64,000 nt of DNA from a virus. Position numbers and translations under genes: made by a program. The notes under the pieces are model-generated. The model searched no databases. It was not told the DNA's origin and was given only the letters and a program-made list of their open reading frames with translations. The stretch is taken from positions 53,286 to 117,285 of the IMG/VR virus record IMGVR_UViG_3300044530_000662. One strand, written 5' to 3'. Of this stretch, positions 39,295-47,270 are shown piece by piece. Position 1 is the stretch's first letter, and every line of letters begins with the position of its first letter.

Positions 39295-39515
39295 ATTGCT
39301 TGTAATTCTGTTATTTGTAAAGGTGTAAGACCTGCAACAAACCATTCTTTACCCATCATAATTCTGATGTGTTCTACATTACGGTCAAATGTTGCTAATT
39401 CTTCTTCAGTGATATCTAGTTTACCGTTCAATTGATTATAGATAGCTACACTATCATAAGCAGCAGATACTGATTGTGCTACTTCTTCTGGGGTATAAGT
39501 AATTATATTTTCCAT
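39291..39515 (-). CDS. Small fibre-associated protein
   Basis: 74 aa, directly downstream of the repeat fibre. Confidence 0.55.
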   Translation of the reverse strand: MENIITYTPEEVAQSVSAAYDSVAIYNQLNGKLDITEEELATFDRNVEHIRIMMGKEWFVAGLTPLQITELQAI

Positions 39516-39534
39516 GATTCAAATGTATTAAAAA

Positions 39535-40527
39535 TTATGCTAATAGAATTCTTTGTGCTACTCCATTAATAATAACATTCCAGTATTTAGTTTGAGTTTG
39601 TGCTGCTGTAACTACTGAACCTGCATTAGTTCCAACTGATCCAACTACAAATTGATTACTTGCTGTAGCTTGAGCATTTCTACCCAGAATAATACAACTA
39701 TTAAAATTACCTGAAAAAATATTGCTACCAACTATTGTATTATTAAAACCTGATACAAGATCTTGTGCAGATCCATATCCAATTACTGTATTTTCACTAC
39801 CAACAGTATTATATTGAGCAGTTTGATTTCCTAAAAATATATTACCGCTTCCTGTAGTAGTTCTAGTTCCAGCATAATATCCAATTGTTGTATTTTGACT
39901 TCCTGTAGTTGTATTCGTTGATGCTAAATAACCTATTGCAACATTTTGATCTGAATTTGAATTTAATAATGCTGCATTTCCTACAGCTGTATTATAACTA
40001 CCTGTAGTATTACTAAATAATGCTCCTCTTCCGATAACAGTATTATAGTTACCAGTAGCATTATTATACATAGCATTACAACCTATTCCTGTATTTTGAA
40101 TACCTCCCGTATTACTACGTAATGTATTCCAACCTATTGCTACATTTTGTTCACCTGATGTATTTAATCTTAAAGCAAACTCACCATATGATGTATTAGT
40201 TTGCTGATTACCTTTACCATTGTTCCAAATAGTTAAGTCAGTAGCATCATACTCTAACCATGCTGGTAATGAGCTAGTTGAATAGTTAGGAATGTTTAAA
40301 GTTGAACCTACTAAAGTAGACGCTCCACTAGTACCAAATGTAGTTAAGCTTAAGCCACCGCCACCAAGTTGAGCAGCTAGATCAGCATAAGTTATAACAG
40401 TAGGTTGATAACCACCGCCAAATCTTGCATCTGGTGTACCAATTGCTAATAGATCTTTATTGTCTAAGGTTGTCTTAACCTTACGCGTTGTGATAAGGTT
40501 AAAGAAGTTTGTAAGATTATTTAACAT
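39535..40527 (-). CDS. Fibre with 14-residue N(T/V)A(I/V)G beta-roll repeats (YadA-head-like)
   Basis: NTSYG, NVAIG, NTGIG, NTVIG, NTAVG, NVAIG, NTTIG, NIFLG, NTVIG, NTIVG. Confidence 0.7.
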   Translation of the reverse strand: MLNNLTNFFNLITTRKVKTTLDNKDLLAIGTPDARFGGGYQPTVITYADLAAQLGGGGLSLTTFGTSGASTLVGSTLNIPNYSTSSLPAWLEYDATDLTIWNNGKGNQQTNTSYGEFALRLNTSGEQNVAIGWNTLRSNTGGIQNTGIGCNAMYNNATGNYNTVIGRGALFSNTTGSYNTAVGNAALLNSNSDQNVAIGYLASTNTTTGSQNTTIGYYAGTRTTTGSGNIFLGNQTAQYNTVGSENTVIGYGSAQDLVSGFNNTIVGSNIFSGNFNSCIILGRNAQATASNQFVVGSVGTNAGSVVTAAQTQTKYWNVIINGVAQRILLA

Positions 40528-40529
40528 AA

Positions 40530-41081
40530 TCAGTTAATTGTATAAAGTTCATAGTAAACATACAAATCACCATCCCAGTTATTAAGACCAGCTATTGCAG
40601 GATTAGCATTATAAAGATTAAACTCTAATCCATTTGCAATACCTGTAGATATCAAATATGGAATAGTATTATCAACTATAGTGTTTTTATAATATACAGA
40701 GTATTGTAAATATATATTATCTCTATTAGCTACAGTAAGATCTAGATCTGGATTATTAATCTTAAAAGATACAGTGCTAGCATAACCAGGAGCAGGTCTC
40801 AATGGTGCACTTATTCCCATACCAGTAATATCAATAATACCACGGGTAGTATCTACTGTTACAACATCAGTAGCTGCTCTATTTAATTCATAATGCTTAG
40901 TATTAGCTTTACAACCTGATTGTACAGCATCTTTAAGAGTCATTGCATAATCTTGATATCCATCATCTCTTTTAGTAAATGGTACCTCAGCACCTAATAC
41001 TATTAAGTCTGTGTCAGCATTATTAGCTTCTGTTTTGATAAGTTGCTGTTTTTTCCAGTACAGCCAGTTTAATATTGTCAT
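40530..41081 (-). CDS. Structural protein sharing an N-terminal motif with the 330 aa fibre
   Basis: DLIVLG...RDDGYQDYAMTLKD versus DLLAIG...RFGGGYQPTVITYAD. Confidence 0.5.
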   Translation of the reverse strand: MTILNWLYWKKQQLIKTEANNADTDLIVLGAEVPFTKRDDGYQDYAMTLKDAVQSGCKANTKHYELNRAATDVVTVDTTRGIIDITGMGISAPLRPAPGYASTVSFKINNPDLDLTVANRDNIYLQYSVYYKNTIVDNTIPYLISTGIANGLEFNLYNANPAIAGLNNWDGDLYVYYELYTIN

Positions 41082-41128
41082 GATATAAAAAATTAGATTA
41101 CAATATAATATACTAAAAATAATTGAAT

Positions 41129-41159
41129 AAAAAAAATCCTTAGCTAAAAAACTAAGGAT
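41129..41159 (-). terminator. Intrinsic terminator
   Basis: ATCCTTAG...CTAAGGAT plus a T-tract on the minus strand. Confidence 0.7.
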
Positions 41160-41186
41160 CTTCTATATGGAGAGAAACAGGGGATA

Positions 41187-41381
41187 CTATAATCGGGTAC
41201 CTAAATAAAAAGCTACAGCCAACATAACACAAAGTAATAAGTTAGCATATTGCCTACCTGTAGGATCATCCTCATAGACATTAGACATCTTATTATATAT
41301 AGGTTTAGTTAATGCATTATGCAATAAAAAACTAAATCCTATAACAAGGGTACCTATAAAAGCAATTATAAAATCTATCAT
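41187..41381 (-). CDS. Small two-TM membrane protein
   Basis: 64 aa with two hydrophobic helices. Confidence 0.55.
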   Translation of the reverse strand: MIDFIIAFIGTLVIGFSFLLHNALTKPIYNKMSNVYEDDPTGRQYANLLLCVMLAVAFYLGTRL

Positions 41382-41435
41382 AGTGTATCAATTCTTTTTT
41401 GTAAATATACTAAAGCTTTTTGTAAATCCTATTTT

Positions 41436-41729
41436 TTACCAAATAATAATTACATCTCCTTCATTAAGAACAAGTTTTGTCTCACCGTCAATATCAATAC
41501 GCTCAACTACTTCCATGTTTAAAGAACTTGTGCGGATGTAAACTTGATCTCCTACAGATACTTCTTCTACTTTATCACCTACTGCAAATACAGTAAGTTT
41601 GTTCCACATCTTTACAGCTTCAGCCATGATTGCTTCTTCATCCTTTGAGCTTAACTCAATAACTGATTTCTTTCTTTCAGGAATGCTTAACAAGATTGTT
41701 CTTCCTCTTAATTTTTTAAATGGTGTCAT
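41436..41729 (-). CDS. groES: GroES/Cpn10-like co-chaperonin
   Basis: KLRGRTILL...SVIEL (mobile loop region), VFAVGDKVEEVSVGDQVY, LVLNEGDVI. Confidence 0.7.
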   Translation of the reverse strand: MTPFKKLRGRTILLSIPERKKSVIELSSKDEEAIMAEAVKMWNKLTVFAVGDKVEEVSVGDQVYIRTSSLNMEVVERIDIDGETKLVLNEGDVIIIW

Positions 41730-41732
41730 GGT

Positions 41733-42017
41733 TTATGATTTAAATGTAATTACTTTTACTACTGCCATTTGAGCGTTCACCAGTTCTCCTACTGCATGAT
41801 CAAATAACAAACTTTTAATTGGAGATTTCTGCTCTGTATTATACTGATCTTTCATAAGGTTAGCAATTTCAGCCATCATAGACTTTACTTTAGCTACCTT
41901 GTCATCATTAGAAGGATTAAATTCTATCCCTACTAGTAATTCTCCAAAAGAGAGAATCTTAGTTTCAGTAATTGTTGTTCCTTCTGGAACAGTCACTGTT
42001 GGTTTGTTTGTTTCCAT
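41733..42017 (-). CDS. Acb2/Vs.4-like helical hairpin protein (candidate cyclic-nucleotide sponge)
   Basis: GELLVGIEFNPS...VAKVK...A.GELVNAQMAVVKVITF resembles the Acb2/T4 Vs.4 C-terminal helix pattern (MM/MW-A-x-R/K-A). Confidence 0.45.
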   Translation of the reverse strand: METNKPTVTVPEGTTITETKILSFGELLVGIEFNPSNDDKVAKVKSMMAEIANLMKDQYNTEQKSPIKSLLFDHAVGELVNAQMAVVKVITFKS

Positions 42018-42018
42018 T

Positions 42019-42228
42019 TTATTTATTTTCTGGTTTATGGTTTGGTCCTCCTGGTTGTTGTGCTAACCATTGAACATATAACTTATCTAATGTGGTCTCG
42101 CGTGATCCAGGATATATTTCTAAAATATGAATAGGTTCCATGTAGCATTTAAAATCACTATTCTCTCTGGAGTAGCATGCAACCTCACGGCCCTGGTGTT
42201 GTACTATTTCTTTTGTATACTTACTCAT
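42019..42228 (-). CDS. Hypothetical protein
   Basis: 69 aa, operon-packed. Confidence 0.55.
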   Translation of the reverse strand: MSKYTKEIVQHQGREVACYSRENSDFKCYMEPIHILEIYPGSRETTLDKLYVQWLAQQPGGPNHKPENK

Positions 42229-42484
42229 TTACTTTATCATATGTAAGAACAAAGATATCCGGCTTACATGGATAGAACTCACCCTTAACTCCCATAATAA
42301 TATAATCTCCTACAGTAGCAGTCATTAATCCTTCTAAGGTCTGAATCTTTAACTCAGGTTCTAACTTAGCATTAGAGTAAGTTAAATAGCCTTTAGTACA
42401 AAACTTAAGAATCTCTTCTTTGTTTTTCCCAGTCCATTGAAGAGCATCAATGACAACTGGTCTTTTTACATACTTAGGCATCAT
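42221..42484 (-). CDS. Widespread phage small beta protein (KxPV..I.A.QW...TLEG...GDYII.G..GEFYPCKPDIF..TY); probable start 42484
   Basis: The family signature is complete in the sequence; function not assigned. Confidence 0.7.
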   Translation of the reverse strand: MMPKYVKRPVVIDALQWTGKNKEEILKFCTKGYLTYSNAKLEPELKIQTLEGLMTATVGDYIIMGVKGEFYPCKPDIFVLTYDKVNE

Positions 42485-42686
42485 ACTTAGTTTTAGCTGG
42501 TTTACTTTTTTTAGGATCAGTAGGAAGAGCTTCATCCAAAAGACTAATCTTAATCTTTTCTAATAAACCTACTATGGCAAGATTACCATAAGCTTCTTCT
42601 CCTACTCTGACCTCAATACCATTTTCAGTATTTGAGATACTAATTATTAACTTATTATCCATTATATATAATTGTTGGTTAGACAA
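42474..42686 (-). CDS. Hypothetical protein (probable start 42662)
   Basis: MDNKLIISISNTENGIEVRV..., downstream of the -7 promoter at 42684-42691. Confidence 0.55.
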   Translation of the reverse strand: MSNQQLYIMDNKLIISISNTENGIEVRVGEEAYGNLAIVGLLEKIKISLLDEALPTDPKKSKPAKTKYDA

Positions 42687-42691
42687 ATATA
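42684..42691 (-). promoter_or_regulatory. Bacteroidota -7 element TATATTTG
   Basis: Perfect TAnnTTTG. Confidence 0.7.
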
Positions 42692-42700
42692 GTAATATTT

Positions 42701-42910
42701 TTATTTATCAGCTACTCTACCAAATGTAATATTATTCTTTACTCTGATATCCTTGTGTGTAAACTGCCACATCTCTCCAGTGTCATTTAATATCACAGTA
42801 TATATAGTATCTGTCTCATGACCATAGTCTGTAACTAACCAAATAATCCCGGATCCTTTAGGTGTATTAACTTCTAGTCTATTATGTGGTTCATATATCA
42901 TAGTTCTCAA
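42701..42910 (-). CDS. Conserved small phage protein (TPKG.G...DYG.ETD)
   Basis: 69 aa. Confidence 0.6.
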   Translation of the reverse strand: MRTMIYEPHNRLEVNTPKGSGIIWLVTDYGHETDTIYTVILNDTGEMWQFTHKDIRVKNNITFGRVADK

Positions 42911-43565
42911 TTTTTATATCTTCATCTCTTGCAACTAAACTCTTATATAAATCTATATCAGTAGACCATTCTTTACCTGTCCAAAACTCAAACCCGGAAT
43001 AGTTACTCTTATACTCACAACACTTCTCATACCCACCAAGTAAATACACATACTCACATTCTAGAACTTTAGCAGTATTGCACTCTACCATCTGTGCTAT
43101 GGTACCCAGAGAAAGTTTTGGATCTTTATAATCCCATATAAACTGATATGCCACAAACTGATTCTCAAACTGTTTATAAAAACTAACTCCAATCAATTCA
43201 CCATTCCAATATTCTATAACATTACAATCAGCAAAATTATCTAAATCAATATCTCTTTTAAACCCATGATACTTACAGTACTCTTCATGCAATACTTCAT
43301 ACTTCTCTTTATTACTGATTACATTACCAGCTTGTACATATATCTTTTGACTTAACTTCTTAGTAGTCTTACTAGGTTTATACTCAGCTAGATTTATCCG
43401 GGTACTCCTTTCATTATACCATCTATCCTTCCAAGGAATCCATCCTTCCTTTAATGCATCTATAGAAGATTCATCAGAGTCAAGAATACCATAAGCACAA
43501 TTAACAATTATCTCCAAGTCACTTACTTTGCCAAAGCCTTGGATATGATCAAAGAATACTTTCAT
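42891..43565 (-). CDS. Bpt/ATE1-like aminoacyl-tRNA-protein transferase
   Basis: STRINLAEYKPSKT (ATE_N end), EKYEVLHEEY, IEYWNGELIGVS, YQFIWDYKDPKLSLGT, YVYLLGGY, CEYKSNY. These parallel Bpt F.PSRSQ, EKY.LY..Y, VEY..DG.LIAV, YTFYDP....SLGT, YLYLGYW, KM.YK. Confidence 0.75.
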   Translation of the reverse strand: MKVFFDHIQGFGKVSDLEIIVNCAYGILDSDESSIDALKEGWIPWKDRWYNERSTRINLAEYKPSKTTKKLSQKIYVQAGNVISNKEKYEVLHEEYCKYHGFKRDIDLDNFADCNVIEYWNGELIGVSFYKQFENQFVAYQFIWDYKDPKLSLGTIAQMVECNTAKVLECEYVYLLGGYEKCCEYKSNYSGFEFWTGKEWSTDIDLYKSLVARDEDIKIENYDI

Positions 43566-43569
43566 ATTG

Positions 43570-43997
43570 TAAAGATATAAAAAAACCCACTCTGTAAGTG
43601 GGTGCTCAACTTTAGGTAATGAGATTGCAAGGACTTGCCTCTGACCATATCACTCACAATTTTTGCAAGGATAAAAAACCCATGCAGTTTATATTCGTCA
43701 ATATTCTTACATGGGGGTTTGTCATAAGTTATACTTTTCAGCTTTCCTTTACACAGAAAAAGACCAGAGATGGAGCTGTGGCAGAACAGTCTCAGGTACT
43801 GTAGTACAAAGATATAAAAAAACCCAGACAGTAATTCTTGATCAATGACACTTATCTGGGTGTGTTACCAGTTATACACTTATAGATATCATGCTTTCCC
43901 GGTAACAAGAAGTCCAAGAAAAGTGAGCAGAGCTTACGGTATGCTTCCCTGGATCTGATCCTATGTTTACTCAACACAGGTGCACCTTACAAAGATA
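43570..43997 (-). ncRNA. Three tandem promoter-sRNA-terminator units (candidate small RNAs)
   Basis: -7 elements at 43990-43997, 43807-43814, 43666-43673 and 43570-43577. Each of the last three sits directly after a hairpin plus T-tract. The only ORF noticed is a 23-codon one crossing a terminator. Confidence 0.5.
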
Positions 43998-44331
43998 TAA
44001 AATTTTATAGAATTTTTAAAAGTTGTATATAAGACATGGTAGTGGGTCCTTATAAAACTTACCCCGGGGGTGCAAAACAAAGTGGTATACCCCCTACAAA
44101 TTCTACAGAGGAAGCCATACTCTAGAAAATATTTGTAAAACATTTATTTCTAGAAAAGTATTTCTATTCTACTACAAGAAGTAAGTAGTACATACTATAT
44201 TATATCTTATGTACTAATTATTAATACAAGAAGAAAGAGAGAAGGTGCTCTTGCTCACACACAAGCCAACACAAGAGAACACAGAAGACAAGCCATATAT
44301 ACAACTTCTATTGTAATATAAATTATATACT

Positions 44332-44532
44332 ATGAAAATATATTATGCAGAGATTACTGACTTTGCAGGCAAAGCAGTAATGAATTTAGAATACACAGCA
44401 TCAGCTAAACATAGTGCTAAGCTTGCTGAAATATTCATAAAGAATTGCCCACCTGCTCAAGGATTCAACATAAGGCTTGCCTTTATTGAAGCTAAGCATA
44501 TTGCAAGTATGATGAATAACTATAGAGGATAA
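44332..44532 (+). CDS. Early cassette gene 1
   Basis: 66 aa with motif upstream and hairpin terminator over the stop codon. Confidence 0.7.
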   Translation: MKIYYAEITDFAGKAVMNLEYTASAKHSAKLAEIFIKNCPPAQGFNIRLAFIEAKHIASMMNNYRG

Positions 44533-44585
44533 ACCTCTATAGTTTTTTTATTAGCAACTTCTATTGTATTATAAAACTATATGCT

Positions 44586-44753
44586 ATGAAATACAAGATT
44601 CAATTCCACATAGTTTCTGTTGATGAGATTAAATCTATACAACAGAAACTAAATACTTGGCTTACTACAGGCCATATGAAAAAGTTTGAAACATTTGTTC
44701 TACCTGATGGAAGACTTCTGTTTCAATGCTTAGTGTTAAAATCAGAGGAGTAA
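44586..44753 (+). CDS. Early cassette gene 2 (55 aa)
   Basis: Read manually: MKYKIQFHIVSVDEIKSIQQKLNTWL...KSEE. Confidence 0.7.
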   Translation: MKYKIQFHIVSVDEIKSIQQKLNTWLTTGHMKKFETFVLPDGRLLFQCLVLKSEE

Positions 44754-44805
44754 TCCTCTGTTTTTTTTCTGCATAACAACTTTTATTATATAAGAAATAT
44801 ATACT

Positions 44806-44988
44806 ATGACTGCAAACCAACTATTTGATTTAGCTGAAACGCTAGATAAAGCAATTGCTACCTTAGAAACAGAAGGTAAGACATTTAAAGAAAGATGTGA
44901 ACTAGCTGATTTAAAAGCATATAGAGCCTATGTTCAAGAAGGTATTGAAGCTGTTATATCAGCAATGGAGAGTAATACAGGGGAATAA
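44806..44988 (+). CDS. Early cassette gene 3 (helical hairpin)
   Basis: 60 aa with cassette architecture. Confidence 0.7.
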   Translation: MTANQLFDLAETLDKAIATLETEGKTFKERCELADLKAYRAYVQEGIEAVISAMESNTGE

Positions 44989-45038
44989 CCTGTATTACTT
45001 TTTTATTAGCAACTTTTATTATATAAGAAATATATACT

Positions 45039-45257
45039 ATGATAAAACTAATGTTTGTATGGTTGGTATTAACTGGACAAGTTAAGTATCAACAAAGTGG
45101 TGAAGATGGTAGAAAGCAATATGCTTTGTTCTTTGAAGATGGTAAAGTAATAGATTATGCTTATAAGCAAGAAATCTATGAATACATTCAAACTGGCACA
45201 TTTGAGTATGATGATACTTTGGATGACAAAGTAACAAAAGAACATAAGGGGGAGTAA
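45039..45257 (+). CDS. Early cassette gene 4
   Basis: 72 aa with a hydrophobic N-terminus and cassette architecture. Confidence 0.7.
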   Translation: MIKLMFVWLVLTGQVKYQQSGEDGRKQYALFFEDGKVIDYAYKQEIYEYIQTGTFEYDDTLDDKVTKEHKGE

Positions 45258-45307
45258 TCTCCCTTTTTTTCTTAAGCAACTTTTATTGCAATAAAAATAT
45301 ATACACT

Positions 45308-45499
45308 ATGATAACAACATTTATTATTGAGCAAATAGAACAGATTGAAGGAATTCTGATTCTATTAGGAAAACAAACTGACGCAGTTGTGTTAAAAGCA
45401 TTTGAGCAATTACCTGAAAAGGAAATAATAGCTTACAGAGATTCATTAGTTCAAGAATTTGAAGTTATGAATCCGGGGAAAACTTTGTTAGTTGTATAG
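45308..45499 (+). CDS. Early cassette gene 5
   Basis: 63 aa with cassette architecture. Confidence 0.7.
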   Translation: MITTFIIEQIEQIEGILILLGKQTDAVVLKAFEQLPEKEIIAYRDSLVQEFEVMNPGKTLLVV

Positions 45500-45580
45500 T
45501 TTATGGGGGAAGCAATTCCCCTTTTTTTCTTCTATACAAAAGCAACTTTTATTGAAATAAAAATCTTAAAACCATACAAT

Positions 45581-45967
45581 ATGAAAAAGTTAGATGCTTA
45601 CAAACAAGCAAAATTAGATTACAACTTTGCTAAAGAAACAGTTAACAAACTACACGAAGTCCTTAGATTTTATGGAACAGTTGCTGTTGGTAATAGTATT
45701 ACCATTAATTCTTCAAGTTCTGATAAACAATTTGTCTACTCAGTAGGTATATTGAATAATCAAATCAATGCTTGTAAAGAATTAGGTTTAGATCCTCAAG
45801 AGTATGAAGAATCTAAAGCTACTGTTATTCAGCTTAGAGCTACAAGCAAAGATTTAGTAGCCTGGAGTGATTACGCAAATGACTTGTACACTTATATGAG
45901 TAAGGTACACAATCTTTTAGATAAAGATGAGTTGTTCAAGTTAATTGAGATTCCTGTTAGACCGTAA
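45581..45967 (+). CDS. Early cassette gene 6 (start 45581, 128 aa)
   Basis: The ORF-track start at 45503 lies inside the previous terminator; the ATG after the motif is at 45581. Confidence 0.7.
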   Translation: MKKLDAYKQAKLDYNFAKETVNKLHEVLRFYGTVAVGNSITINSSSSDKQFVYSVGILNNQINACKELGLDPQEYEESKATVIQLRATSKDLVAWSDYANDLYTYMSKVHNLLDKDELFKLIEIPVRP

Positions 45968-46045
45968 TAATATAAGGGTGTGTAGAAATACATACCCTTT
46001 ATTATTTTACACAAGCAACTTTTATTTAATCTTAAATTATATACT

Positions 46046-46195
46046 ATGGACAAAGTAACAATTGTGATCAGTTGGGAAGAGTATGAAACTATGATCAGTG
46101 CTATTAAAGCAATGAAGAATATGGTAGACAGTGACAAGTTAGATCAACTCTATGTAAAGTTATACATTGAAAGAAAAGTAGAGAAAGGGAAGTAA
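46046..46195 (+). CDS. Early cassette gene 7 (49 aa)
   Basis: Read manually: MDKVTIVISWEEYETMISAIKAMK...EKGK. Confidence 0.7.
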   Translation: MDKVTIVISWEEYETMISAIKAMKNMVDSDKLDQLYVKLYIERKVEKGK

Positions 46196-46263
46196 TTCCC
46201 TTTTTTTAAGCCTTCGGCTAGCCTATAGCAACTTCTATTTTACTAGAATTAAAACTATATATT

Positions 46264-46689
46264 ATGAACAAAATTATTGAAGTAGCCTTAAAAGGCAGAT
46301 TTAGTACTGATGATGTAACAAGCTTAATGGACGTAGTAACTGCTACACCTAATCCTGAAATGGCAACAGAGATTCTGTTAGGTGTCTATGTAAAACCTGA
46401 TCTTCCTAATGTTGTTGTTACAGATCAAGGATTAGAAAAGACTGTGGTTAGTGTTGACTATTGGACTAATTATGTTACTTATTCTTATCAAGAAGAAGTA
46501 AGAAAACAGTTCTATATTGACAAAGACACTGACACAAGTTTAATTACTCTTGACAATTACAAGGATTATGAAAGAAGATATGATGATGATAATATCAGAT
46601 CCTTTTATCTTCCAACAGGAGAAATTAAAACTAGAAAATCAAATTGTAGTTTTGGTGATTGGTTATCACAAGAAGCATTAGCAGTTTAA
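46264..46689 (+). CDS. Early cassette gene 8
   Basis: 141 aa; N-terminal region loosely similar to 51629-52057 (PNPEMATEIL / PNGEEIAKLL). Confidence 0.7.
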   Translation: MNKIIEVALKGRFSTDDVTSLMDVVTATPNPEMATEILLGVYVKPDLPNVVVTDQGLEKTVVSVDYWTNYVTYSYQEEVRKQFYIDKDTDTSLITLDNYKDYERRYDDDNIRSFYLPTGEIKTRKSNCSFGDWLSQEALAV

Positions 46690-46865
46690 AGATAAGGGGG
46701 AGAAATCCCCTTTTCTTTTTTGTCTCCACCGTGTGGAACAAGTTGACTTTGCCACTGAAAATGAGACAGTTACAAAATGAGAGTTTTTGACTGTTAGAAG
46801 CCTACGGCTTAGCCTTTAGCAACTTTTATTGTAAGAAAATATTATTAACCCAAAAACAAAAAGTT

Positions 46866-47270
46866 ATGATTGCAAAAACAAAGATTGCGTTGTTGTTCAA
46901 AGAAGAAACAACACCTAGTGGTAATGTGCAAAAAGTTGCCAACATTAAGGCTACTCTTGTTAGGTTAAGTGATAAAGAATTCTCATATGCTAATGCAGAC
47001 GGGGAAACTCTAACTTACAAGTTGGCTACTATTAAATTCTCTGATGCGAATGATAATAGCCACACCAAAGCTGATGTAGTAGTGTATAACACTAGTTATG
47101 AGCAAGGTATGGAAGTAGGGGAAACATACTTAGGTAAAGTTTCTAGAAGCAAAAATGCTGATGGAACTGCACGTAAACCTTGGTATACTTTATCTAGCCT
47201 TGTAGTTGCTTCTGAGAATTCTGATGAGGACTTTGAAGAGGTTGAGGTATCACAAGAGATTGGGATATAA
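46866..47270 (+). CDS. Early cassette gene 9, possible OB-fold ssDNA-binding protein
   Basis: Beta-rich core with an acidic tail (SDEDFEEVEVSQEIGI). Confidence 0.45.
   Translation: MIAKTKIALLFKEETTPSGNVQKVANIKATLVRLSDKEFSYANADGETLTYKLATIKFSDANDNSHTKADVVVYNTSYEQGMEVGETYLGKVSRSKNADGTARKPWYTLSSLVVASENSDEDFEEVEVSQEIGI

Noticed and set aside
39535-40527. DGR target with a template repeat
   Set aside because: No reverse transcriptase and no near-identical adenine-variant copy seen in the window; the Asn-rich repeats are ordinary beta-roll repeats.
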